A DNA stretch of 27,444 nt from Gemmatimonadota bacterium (lineage in GTDB: Bacteria > Gemmatimonadota > Gemmatimonadetes > Longimicrobiales > Gaopeijiaceae). The translations under genes were made by a program, and so were the position numbers. The stretch spans positions 1-27,444 of the forward strand of contig JBDHHQ010000090.1 of the NCBI GenBank assembly GCA_039589315.1, read 5' to 3'. A model generated the notes under the pieces. It did no database searches, was not told the origin of the DNA, and worked only from the letters and a program-made list of their open reading frames with translations. Position 1 is the stretch's first letter. Each line of letters starts with the position of its first letter. Positions 1 through 8,633 of this stretch are shown here, piece after piece.

Positions 1-211
1 ATCTCACGTCGTAGGCGGCCGTCACCCCTCGCCGTCCACGGCTTTGGTGGGGTCGGGAATGTACGCGCCGCTGCAAGCGGTGGCCACGGGGCCACGGCCG
101 GTGTGGCAACTCGCCTGGTTCGTCATATCGCTGCCGATCGTCAAGTGGGCCGAAGAGGACGAGAATCACCCTTTCGCCGCCCGTCACCCTCAGAGCTGAA
201 GGAGCACACGC

Positions 212-400
212 ATGTCTCTGGCGAAGCATATCGAGATCACCGCGGAGTCCAACGAGAGCTTCGACGACGCCATCGCCGCCGGGATCGCCGATGCCTCGAA
301 GACCGTTCGGATCAAGGACCAACAGGTCTTCGTGGACGACGGTCAGGTGACCACGTACCGGGTCAATATGAAGCTCACGTTCATCGTCTCGGACTCGTAA
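212..400 (+). CDS. Dodecin-family protein, apparently with a ~6-aa in-frame deletion
   Basis: MSLAKHIEITAESNESFDDAI...GQVTTYRVNMKLTF matches the dodecin pattern. RBS AAGGAG at 199-204. KTVR runs directly into IKDQ where the family has KTVxxIxxxWIK. Confidence 0.85.
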   Translation: MSLAKHIEITAESNESFDDAIAAGIADASKTVRIKDQQVFVDDGQVTTYRVNMKLTFIVSDS

Positions 401-427
401 GGACGATCAGGTTCAGGAGGTAGGACC

Positions 428-1039
428 GTGTCAGGACTAGCAGAGCTCGTTCTCGGACAGCTGGCCGGCTCGAACGTCTCCCAGCTGGGCGACGCCATCG
501 GGAGCGACGGCGACAAAACGCAGACGGCCATCGCAGCGGCGCTGCCCTTGCTGATCGGCGCCCTGTCCCGCAACGCCGCCAAGCCCGACGGCGCCGAGGC
601 CTTGCATACGGCGTTGGGCCGGGACCACGACGGATCCGTGCTCGACGACATCACCCGGGCCTTCGGCCGGGAGTCGCAGGTCGACGGAGAGAAGATTCTC
701 GGCCACGCGCTGGGGAGCCGGAAGCAGACCGTCGAGGCCGGCGTGGCCCGCGCCAGCGGACTCGACTCCGGACAGGCCACGAAGTTGATGGCGACGCTCG
801 CCCCCCTCGTCATGGGCGCTCTGGGCCGCGAAGTGGACCGACTGCGGGAGGACGGATCCCGGTATCCTCCGGCCCTGCTGCAGCTCGGCGAGATCCACGA
901 GCAGTTGGGCAACTACCGAAACGCGGCGATGTGGTACGAGCGGTTCGCCGAGCTATGGCAGGACGCGGACCCTGAGTTCCAGCCGTCGGTCGAAGCGGCT
1001 CGCACGAAGGCGGAAGAGCTCAGGGCCAGGGTGCAGTAG
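428..1039 (+). CDS. Chimeric ORF: DUF937-domain N-terminus (428-~832) fused in frame to a TPR-like C-terminal remnant (~836-1039)
   Basis: GTG start with AGGAGG at 415-420. The motifs ALPLLIGALSRNA, DHDGSVLDD, DGEKILGHALG and LAPLVMGALG are DUF937-like. The tail ALLQLGEIHEQLGNYRNAAMWYERFAELWQDADPEFQPSVEAAR resembles the end of TPR proteins. Confidence 0.75.
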   Translation: MSGLAELVLGQLAGSNVSQLGDAIGSDGDKTQTAIAAALPLLIGALSRNAAKPDGAEALHTALGRDHDGSVLDDITRAFGRESQVDGEKILGHALGSRKQTVEAGVARASGLDSGQATKLMATLAPLVMGALGREVDRLREDGSRYPPALLQLGEIHEQLGNYRNAAMWYERFAELWQDADPEFQPSVEAARTKAEELRARVQ

Positions 1040-1042
1040 AGC

Positions 1043-2059
1043 TCAGCTCGCCTCGGCGTACTCCCGAAGATCCCTGAAGCGGATCAGCCTCCTGCGCTCC
1101 TCGTCCCATAGCGTGAGCGACACACAGCGGATGGTGTCCCGGAGGGTCAGCCGGGTCACCTCCTGCAGCTCCGGATTCTCGTCGTGGGCCTGTTGGAGCT
1201 TGTAGTTGGGAATCCGGGCGCTCAGATGATGCACGTGGTGCAGGCCGATGCTCGCGGTGAGCCACTGGAGCGGCTTCGGCAGCACGAGGTGCGAGCTGCC
1301 CTGGACGGCCGCGTCGAAGTAGTCCCAGTCCTCATGGCGGTGCCAGTAGGTGTTCTCGAACTGATGCTGCACGTAGAACAGCCAGACGCCCAGGGTCGAG
1401 GCGAAGAGCGTGATCGGCGCTTGGACCAGGAGGAAGCGCTGCCACCCCAGCCATGACCCCATCAGCACGACCACCACGGCGATCGCGACATTGGTGCGCC
1501 ATACGCTGGCCCACTCCCGCGTCCACTCCCGCGGCAGGTCGAACGGGTACCGGTGCTTCAGGAGGAAGTGGATGTACGCCCCCGGGCCGAACAGAAACCA
1601 GGGGCTCCGGTAGATCCGGTACCAGATCCGCTTCCAGCGAGGCAGGGCCAGGTACTCGTCGACCGTGAGCGTGTCCACGTCGCCGAAGCCTCGCAGGTCG
1701 AGGTCCCCGGAGTGGGCGTGGTGGAGCGCGTGGGTCTTTCGCCAGTAGCCGTATGGCGTCAGCAGGATGACGCCGATACAGAACCCGACGAGGCTGGCCG
1801 CCGTCTTCGAGCGGAAGAACGAGCCGTGGCCGCAGTCGTGCTGGATCATGAAGAGCCGCATCAGGAACCCGGCCGTGGGCACAGCCAGGATCAGTGTCAG
1901 CCAGTATCCGACCGCGAGGCTCTTCAGCATCGCGAACCAGAGAACCAAGAAGCCGGCCGCCGAAACAGCCAACTGAGCGAGACTGCGTCCCGGGTCCGGG
2001 CCCCAATAGGGCCGGACGATCTCGATCCAGGGATTAGCCGATGATCCGGATGACGACAC
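1043..2059 (-). CDS. Membrane fatty acid desaturase (Des-like, three His boxes)
   Basis: His boxes HDCGH, HALHH and HHVHH, plus YVQHQFE and hydrophobic segments. GTG start chosen at 2059 with GGAGG just upstream (short spacing, so the start is uncertain). Confidence 0.92.
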   Translation of the reverse strand: MSSSGSSANPWIEIVRPYWGPDPGRSLAQLAVSAAGFLVLWFAMLKSLAVGYWLTLILAVPTAGFLMRLFMIQHDCGHGSFFRSKTAASLVGFCIGVILLTPYGYWRKTHALHHAHSGDLDLRGFGDVDTLTVDEYLALPRWKRIWYRIYRSPWFLFGPGAYIHFLLKHRYPFDLPREWTREWASVWRTNVAIAVVVVLMGSWLGWQRFLLVQAPITLFASTLGVWLFYVQHQFENTYWHRHEDWDYFDAAVQGSSHLVLPKPLQWLTASIGLHHVHHLSARIPNYKLQQAHDENPELQEVTRLTLRDTIRCVSLTLWDEERRRLIRFRDLREYAEAS

Positions 2060-2333
2060 TCGACCTCCAGGCTGGGCTGCGTGACGACGCGCGTCGGAAG
2101 CGGGTGCCTCCGGACGCGGGGGCAACTCTCCCGCTCCACCTCTCACCCGAAGGTAACCCCTCGTCGAGGCGGTCGACGAGCCTGGGGTCGTGGGACCGGG
2201 CGGGCGGCACAAGGGCCCGAAAGCGGTGCGGGATTGCCGCCTCACCTCCGGGCCCTTGTTCCGGCGACGCCCAGATCCTCGCCGGGGCCGGCGTGCGTGG
2301 TGCCTACGGGCCCGGCGATCGAGGGGGACGGCC

Positions 2334-2687
2334 CTACCCTGCCCGTGCTATGGCGGCGGGATGCGCAGCACCTGGCCCGGATAGATCAGATCCCACCCGG
2401 TCCGAATCCGCGGGGATGGTGGCCGCAGCCGCATCCACCGCTCCACCGCGATCCTCCTCCTTCGGCGACGATACGCCTTCCTGCACGAACGCCGTGGCGA
2501 GCACGACCGGCAGACCCAGCAGGAGCACCAGGACGGCTCCGTTGAAGGTCCAATCCGGCAGGAGGCCCCGTTCGATGAAGGTGTCGATGACCTCGAGAAC
2601 GGCCCATCCAGCGCCCACGAAGACGAGGAGGACCTGCCAGACGGAGCGGTGGTGCAGCTCGTGGATGAGGGCTTTGATCTGGTTCAT
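2334..2687 (-). pseudogene. Truncated N-terminal two-TM anchor of a large membrane-anchored TPR-type protein
   Basis: MNQIKALIHELHHRSVWQVLLVFVGAGWAVLEVIDT...LPDW...LLLLGLPVVLATAFVQEG-type segment, which normally begins much longer proteins. Here it runs out of frame into the LysM remnant and stops after about 117 aa. Confidence 0.65.
2348..2392 (-). pseudogene. Orphan 3' end of a LysM-domain gene (DLIYPGQVLRIPPP*)
   Basis: The minus strand reads GAT CTG ATC TAT CCG GGC CAG GTG CTG CGC ATC CCG CCG CCA TAG, the canonical LysM C-terminal strand. In-frame sequence upstream is not LysM-like. Too short to appear in the ORF track. Confidence 0.75.
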
Positions 2688-2897
2688 TACGCCCGGGGAG
2701 CCGTGGGGGAGGGACGTCCAGCCTCCTGACAATGTTCTCCTCGGTGGGGTAGCAGGTCAACGAGGGCGAGCCGCCGAGGCGCGCGGGTTCGTGGGCTCAG
2801 CTAACCGCTCTCCGCGCCCGTAAGGATGCTCAGCACTTCGAGGCGCGGGCGTGTCTGAGGGGAGGACGCCGACCCGGGGACCGCACGAAGGGAACGA

Positions 2898-5213
2898 ATG
2901 GGGGAGGACGCCGGACCGAAAGCGCGAAGCCGATACAGGATCATCGGCACCCTGCTTTTGATGGGCTCCGCATGGGCCGCGCCCGCGTGGGCACAGGACG
3001 ACAAAGCTGCGGCTCAGACCGACCAGTCCGTCTCGGCGGACAGGAGCGCGGCGCCCATGCTCGTCGCCACCCATCTCGGAGGCGAAGACGCCATCGACCT
3101 GGACGGTCGCCTCGACGAGCCGATCTGGGGTCGGGCCCAGTCGGCCACCGACTTCCGGCAGAAGGAGCCCACCGAAGCCGGTCCACCGAGCGAGCGCACC
3201 GAGGTCAAGGTCGTCATCGACAGCGACGACCTCTACATCGGGGCGGTTTTGTACGACAGCGATCCGGACGGGATCCTGGCCTTCCAGAGGAGACGCGACG
3301 CCGGACTCGGCACCGACGATCGCTTCATGTTCATCCTGGACACGTTCCTGGACGGCCGCACGGGTTACTTCTTCGAGACCAACCCGGCCGGTCTTCTGGG
3401 CGACGGCCTCATCGGTGGGGGCGGAGGGCGCGGTGGCGGTGGCGGCGGCGGCTCCGGCGTGAACAAGTCGTGGGACGGCATCTGGGACGTCCGCACTGCG
3501 AGCAGGCCGGACGGCTGGTCGGTGGAGATCCGGATCCCCTTCCGGACCCTCAACTTCAACCCGCGGCTGGACACTTGGGGCATCAACTTCCAGCGCACCA
3601 TCCGGCGCCGCAACGAAGAGATCCAATGGAGCGGCCACCGCAGGAACCAACCGCTGACGCAGCCGATCCACGCCGGCAGGCTGACCGGCCTGGGCAGGAT
3701 GAGTCAGGGGCTGGGCCTCGAGTTCAAGCCGTACATCAGCGGATCATGGAAGAACGTGCCCGAAGAGCTGGAGCCCACGACCTACCCGGGCAATATCGGC
3801 GGGGACGTCCAGTACAACATCACCCCGGGGCTGCGGGCGGCCCTGAGCATCAACACCGACTTCGCGGAGGTCGAGGTGGATCAGCGGCGGGTGAACCTGA
3901 CCCGGTTTCCGCTCCGCTTCCCCGAACGTCGCGACTTCTTCCTCGAAGGTTCGTCGGTCTACAGCTTCGCGCCCAGGAGCGGCCCAAGGCCGTACTTCAG
4001 CCGACGCATCGGTCTGGAGGAGGGGGAGCAGATCCCCATCCGTTACGGCCTGCGGCTCGGCGGGCAAGCGGGCGACTACGAGATCGGCTTCATCCACATC
4101 AACACCGAAGGCCAGGCCATCATTCCTCAGGAGGACTTCACGGTGGCCCGCCTGAAACGGAACCTGTTCGAGCAGTCCAGCGTGGGAGTGATCTTCACTC
4201 GACGAGCGACGGCGGCGGATTCCCTGGGGGTGACTACGCACGACCGCTACACGGTAGGCGTGGACGCCAATCTGGCCACGTCGCGGCTGTTCGGAGACAA
4301 GAACCTCCAGTTCGAGGCCTTCTTCGTCTACAACACGGATCCGGAGCGAGGGGGTGAGAAGAAGTCCCTGGGACAGCTCTCGGCCCGAGGCTTCCGCTTC
4401 AACTACCCGAACGACGTGTGGGAGGCTCACCTCTCCTACCGGGAGTTCGGCGGTCTCTACGACCCGGCGGTGGGCTTCGTCTCACGGAACGACTTCCGCC
4501 GCGTGGAGCCCCGGATCGGCTGGAATCCCAGACCCGACGGAATTCCGTGGCTCCGCCGCTTCGAGTTCGACGTCCAGTACCGCTACCTCGAGGGTCTGGA
4601 CGTGGCGCTCAAGGAGGAGGAGATCTGGGAGTTCGGGGTGCTCGGGCTGCAGTTCGAGAGCCAGGACGAGGTGAGCTTCGAGGTCGTGCGGACCTTCGAG
4701 CTGCTGAAGGAGCAGTTCGAGATCAGCGACGGCATCGTCATCGACCCTGGGCAGTACACCACGTGGGCCGTGAGCATGCGGGGTCAGACGGCGCGCCGCA
4801 GGCGGGTCTCGGTGGAGCTCGAGGGGGTGGCCGGCGCGTTCTGGAACGGCACCATCAGGGGCGCCGAGCTCGGTGCGACCTTCCGGCCCACGCCCGGCCT
4901 CAACCTCTCCACCGAGTTCGAGTTCAACGACGTTCGGCTGCCGACGGGCGACTTCAAGACGAGTCTCGCCCGGCTGGAGGGAGGTTGGGACGTGAATCCC
5001 CTGCTCTCCTTCAACGGCAGCTTGCAGTACGACGACGTGAGCGAGCTGGTGGGACTCTTCGCCAAGGTCCGGTGGATCCTCCAGCCGGGCAACGACCTCT
5101 TCTTCGTCTACACGCACAACTGGCTTCGGCGTCAGGAGGACGTCGGGCCGGGGCTCACGTCGACGGTGTCGCGGGGGGTCACCGTCAAAGCGAACTACAC
5201 GTTCCGCTTCTGA
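2898..5213 (+). CDS. DUF5916 / CBM9-like domain secreted or outer-membrane protein
   Basis: 771 aa with a signal peptide (AWA-Q). Motifs LDGRLDEPIW, WSVEIRIPFRTL, NTDFAEVEVD, NLTRFPLRFPERRDFFLEG and YFSRRIG. Beta-strand-rich C-terminus ending in YTFRF. Confidence 0.85.
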   Translation: MGEDAGPKARSRYRIIGTLLLMGSAWAAPAWAQDDKAAAQTDQSVSADRSAAPMLVATHLGGEDAIDLDGRLDEPIWGRAQSATDFRQKEPTEAGPPSERTEVKVVIDSDDLYIGAVLYDSDPDGILAFQRRRDAGLGTDDRFMFILDTFLDGRTGYFFETNPAGLLGDGLIGGGGGRGGGGGGGSGVNKSWDGIWDVRTASRPDGWSVEIRIPFRTLNFNPRLDTWGINFQRTIRRRNEEIQWSGHRRNQPLTQPIHAGRLTGLGRMSQGLGLEFKPYISGSWKNVPEELEPTTYPGNIGGDVQYNITPGLRAALSINTDFAEVEVDQRRVNLTRFPLRFPERRDFFLEGSSVYSFAPRSGPRPYFSRRIGLEEGEQIPIRYGLRLGGQAGDYEIGFIHINTEGQAIIPQEDFTVARLKRNLFEQSSVGVIFTRRATAADSLGVTTHDRYTVGVDANLATSRLFGDKNLQFEAFFVYNTDPERGGEKKSLGQLSARGFRFNYPNDVWEAHLSYREFGGLYDPAVGFVSRNDFRRVEPRIGWNPRPDGIPWLRRFEFDVQYRYLEGLDVALKEEEIWEFGVLGLQFESQDEVSFEVVRTFELLKEQFEISDGIVIDPGQYTTWAVSMRGQTARRRRVSVELEGVAGAFWNGTIRGAELGATFRPTPGLNLSTEFEFNDVRLPTGDFKTSLARLEGGWDVNPLLSFNGSLQYDDVSELVGLFAKVRWILQPGNDLFFVYTHNWLRRQEDVGPGLTSTVSRGVTVKANYTFRF

Positions 5214-5241
5214 GCCCGGAGGCCGAGGGCGGCGGGGCCTC

Positions 5242-7140
5242 CTAGTCTTCCTCGGGAGGACTCGGGGGCGGGAAGTCCAACTCTTCGGGGTTCGCCCGGC
5301 GGTCACGCCCCAGGCGCCGCCGGCCCAGCAGGCTCGGGTCCCGGTCATAACGACCCTCCGCGCTGCGCCGATCCGGTGTACGTCTCCGCTTCGGCGGGGT
5401 CCAGTCCGGCGGGACCAGGCGGGAGCTGCCGGCGAGCGGGTACGCTTCGAGGGCCGACGGCATGGGTCGGATGAGGTACCGCCTCAGCGCCACCTCCAGA
5501 TCGTGGCGCCGGATGGCAGGGGAACGGTCGCCACAATCCTGGCAACGCAGCCAGACGTAGTCGCTTTCGGTGGCGTCGCGTCGCTCTCGCAGACGACCAC
5601 GGCGGGTGCGCTCGTACGGCGACGGTTGCACCTCGAGCTCGCCCAAGCCGCACTGACCGTGTTTCAGCTTCAGCTCACCCTGAACCCACAGGTCCAGGGG
5701 CTCGACCTTGACGGCGTTGGTGAAGTCCAGGTTCGTCTCCACGATCACGAAGATCCGCGGATCGATCTGTAGGGACGATACGTCGCCGTCGATCTGCTCC
5801 GGCTCGGGGTCCTCCTCCGCCTCGCCTTCCTGCCCCCCTGCCTCGTCCGCGGCGGCTGCCAGCTCGGCTTCGATCTCGCCGAGCGTTTGAGCGCTGGTGG
5901 GCCGTGCCGGGCTCCCCCACCCGCCCCGTTGTTTACCGGCCAGGGCGGTAATGATGCGGTTGATGCCCGCGCTTTCGTCGTCGGCCACTGCGGGTAGCGC
6001 TGTCTGGGTCGCGGCCACCGTCCCCGTCGGGGGTACCCCTTCCTTCGGGTGGGCACTCTCTTCAGTCGGCGCCGGAGGACTCGCAGCAGCAGGCTCCCGA
6101 TCCGCTGCTGGAGCGTCCCCGGGGAGAAAGGTGATTCGCTCCTGGTCCGGCGGCGACGCCGTCTCCGGGGGGACCGGCTCCCCGCCAGCCGGGCTCTCCC
6201 GCTCCCGGGCCGCGTCCGGACGCCAAACCACCGTCTCGGCGTTCTCGCTCACCCCCTCGGCTGCGGGCGATTCAACGTCGACGAGCACGGGTGGCGTGTC
6301 GGGCAGCGAGATCGCCGCGAGGGCATCGGCGAACTCATCGGCTTTGGCGAAGCGCTCCTGTGGGTCCTTCCGGGTGGCGATGACGATCGCCTCGCTCAGC
6401 TCCGGTGGCACGTCACGACGGACCTCGATCAGCGGGGCTGGGACGTGGCGCTTCTGCTTTTCCAGGAGGTCGAACAGAGAGGCGCCGGAGAACGGCGAAG
6501 TGCCGAGGAGCATCTCGTAGCCCACGAGGCCCAGACTGTACAGATCGCTTCGCCCGTCCAACTCCCGCCCGTCGATCTGCTCGGGAGACATATAGGCCGG
6601 TGTGCCGAGGGCAGCGCCGGGGAGCGTCAGTCCGGTGACCTCGTCCCAGGGGCGGGCGATGCCGAAGTCGGTGAGCTGCGCGACGCCGGTGGCGGGATCC
6701 ACATGGATGTTTTCGGGCTTGACGTCGCGGTGGACGATCCGCTTCCCATGGGCGTGCGACAGGGCCCGCGCCACGTCGATGAGGATCGAGCCTGCCTGCC
6801 GGCACCGGAGGGGGCCGTCCCTGCGCAGGACCTCCCGAATCGTGGGCCCCTGGACGTACTGCATGATGAGGGCGAGGCCGTCGTCCTCCAGAGCCTTGAT
6901 GTCGTAGACCTGGACGATGTTGGGGTGTTGGAGCTTGCCCACGAGGCGGGCCTCGCGGAGCAGTCGAGGGAGCGCCTGGTCGTCAGGTGCCGTGGCGGCC
7001 CGGAGGACCTTGATCGCCACCGGGCGGTCCAATTCCCGGTCCTGTGCGAGGTACACCACGGCCATCCCGCCGCGACCGAGCTCCCGCTCGATCTCGTACC
7101 GGTCCCCGAGACTCCCTACGAGACGGTTGAGATTCGACAT
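5242..7140 (-). CDS. Hanks-type Ser/Thr protein kinase with Pro/Ala/Glu-rich linker and an unrecognised soluble C-terminal region
   Basis: Motifs LGRGGMAVVY, VAIK, HRDVKPEN, DFG, GTPAYMSPE and SDLYSLG. ATG at 7140 (MSNLNRL) preferred over the upstream extension in the ORF track. Confidence 0.92.
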   Translation of the reverse strand: MSNLNRLVGSLGDRYEIERELGRGGMAVVYLAQDRELDRPVAIKVLRAATAPDDQALPRLLREARLVGKLQHPNIVQVYDIKALEDDGLALIMQYVQGPTIREVLRRDGPLRCRQAGSILIDVARALSHAHGKRIVHRDVKPENIHVDPATGVAQLTDFGIARPWDEVTGLTLPGAALGTPAYMSPEQIDGRELDGRSDLYSLGLVGYEMLLGTSPFSGASLFDLLEKQKRHVPAPLIEVRRDVPPELSEAIVIATRKDPQERFAKADEFADALAAISLPDTPPVLVDVESPAAEGVSENAETVVWRPDAARERESPAGGEPVPPETASPPDQERITFLPGDAPAADREPAAASPPAPTEESAHPKEGVPPTGTVAATQTALPAVADDESAGINRIITALAGKQRGGWGSPARPTSAQTLGEIEAELAAAADEAGGQEGEAEEDPEPEQIDGDVSSLQIDPRIFVIVETNLDFTNAVKVEPLDLWVQGELKLKHGQCGLGELEVQPSPYERTRRGRLRERRDATESDYVWLRCQDCGDRSPAIRRHDLEVALRRYLIRPMPSALEAYPLAGSSRLVPPDWTPPKRRRTPDRRSAEGRYDRDPSLLGRRRLGRDRRANPEELDFPPPSPPEED

Positions 7141-7310
7141 TCTCTCGGAACCCCGCTCTCCCCTGCGCGGCAAAGTGGGAGCCGCGCCAAACGAATCCTC
7201 CGCGCCGGACGTTAGCCAACGGGAGAATCGAGCACAACGCCGCAACGTCGCCGAGAGTGCGCAGAGCGACTATCCTGTGCGCATCCCACGACCACCGGAG
7301 GTGACAGCTC

Positions 7311-8543
7311 ATGGACCGACGTGACTTCGTGAAGACATCGGCGGCGGGTCTGGCCGCTGCCGCGGCAGCGCCGCAGGGCCTCACGGGCGAGCCGAGGCCC
7401 CACGCCCCGACCCGGCACGTGCGCAGCGCCGTGAAGCCCCTGGTCGTCTCCGACGTGAGCGGTATCCGGTATCGGAACGGTGGGCCGGAGAGCTCGGTGG
7501 AGCGGGCCTTCCGGGGCATCACAGAGGGCGAGGACGTCCTCGACGCACTGGCTGCGGGTGTGACGATTCCGGAGCTCGACCCGGAGGAGATGGGGATCGG
7601 GTACGGGGGACTGCCGAACGCCGACGGCGTCGTGCAGCTGGATGCCTGCTGCATGCACGGCCCCCACAAATGGGCTGGGGGCGTCGCGTCCCTCGAGGGA
7701 GTGCGGACGCCGTCGCTGGTGGCCAAGGCGGTGGCCGAGGTGACCGATCATCACCTGCTCGTCGGCAAGGGAGCCCAGGAGTTTGCCCGGGCGCTGGGCT
7801 TCGAGATCGAGGACGACCTCAACACCCCCACCTCCAGGGAGCGGTGGCTGGAATGGCGGCGCCGCATGGACCCGGGCCATTGGCTGGATCCGGAGGAGCG
7901 CTCGAAGGGCGGTGGCGCCACCAGCGAGGACACCGATCCCGATCACGTCCGCCGAAACCGCGGGGCAGGGGCCGCGGCGGATCCTGAGCGCATGCGCCAG
8001 TTCGTGGACGAGGCGCTGTCGGCTGGACTGTCCATGGTGGACGACGGCCTCATTCCGGCCGACTCCTTCTGGGGCACCACCAACTGCAACGGCATCAGCC
8101 CGGACGGCGATATCTGCGGCATCACCACCACCAGTGGCCTGTCGTGGAAGATCCCAGGACGCGTCGGCGACTCGCCTATCCTGGGCGCCGGCCTCTACGT
8201 GGACGACGCCGTCGGCGCCGCTGGATCGACGGGTCGGGGAGAGGCCAATCTCTACAACCTCTCTTCGTTTTTGATCGTGGAGCTCATGCGCCAGGGGATG
8301 ACGCCGCTGGACGCGGGCATGACGACGCTGCGCCGGATCAAGGACAACACGGTGGAGGCACGGCTTCTCAACAGCCGGGGGCTCCCCAACTTCGACCTAC
8401 GCTTCTTCATCCTGAACAAGCAGGGGGAGTACGCGGGCGTGGCCATGTACGGCTCGTCCGAGTCCCACTACGCCGTGTGCACGGAGAATGGCGCGGAGGA
8501 GCGGCCTCTCGAAGGATTGCTGGAGGGGCCGTACCGGGATTGA
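7311..8543 (+). CDS. N(4)-(beta-N-acetylglucosaminyl)-L-asparaginase-like Ntn hydrolase (asparaginase 2 family), Tat-exported
   Basis: Tat motif DRRDFVK. Motifs GYGGLPN, QLDA, TTTSG, GRVGDSP and TGRGE. Nucleophile Thr at WG|TTNC. RBS GGAGGT upstream. Confidence 0.9.
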   Translation: MDRRDFVKTSAAGLAAAAAAPQGLTGEPRPHAPTRHVRSAVKPLVVSDVSGIRYRNGGPESSVERAFRGITEGEDVLDALAAGVTIPELDPEEMGIGYGGLPNADGVVQLDACCMHGPHKWAGGVASLEGVRTPSLVAKAVAEVTDHHLLVGKGAQEFARALGFEIEDDLNTPTSRERWLEWRRRMDPGHWLDPEERSKGGGATSEDTDPDHVRRNRGAGAAADPERMRQFVDEALSAGLSMVDDGLIPADSFWGTTNCNGISPDGDICGITTTSGLSWKIPGRVGDSPILGAGLYVDDAVGAAGSTGRGEANLYNLSSFLIVELMRQGMTPLDAGMTTLRRIKDNTVEARLLNSRGLPNFDLRFFILNKQGEYAGVAMYGSSESHYAVCTENGAEERPLEGLLEGPYRD

Positions 8544-8633
8544 CCCAGGAGCGACCCGGCCGGCCCGGCGCACCATGCCCATGGGGTGCGGCAGCTCGGA
8601 GCGTGCCCGCGGACGCACCAGGGCCCACCTCCC

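Noticed and set aside
70..120. Possible sigma-54 promoter (TGGC...TTGC) upstream of dodecin
   Set aside because: GG-to-GC spacing is 9 rather than 10 on the minus strand, and the plus-strand candidate lacks the -12 GC.
308..2393. GATC sites near the lesions, suggesting Sau3AI/DpnII ligation chimeras
   Set aside because: GATC lies at the LysM junction and the dodecin gap, but the DUF937/TPR junction appears ~20 nt upstream of the nearest GATC and the 11272 lesion has none. GATC is also frequent throughout the window.
3413..3457. GGN-rich tandem tract
   Set aside because: An in-frame poly-Gly loop in the DUF5916 protein with mixed codons, not a contingency repeat.
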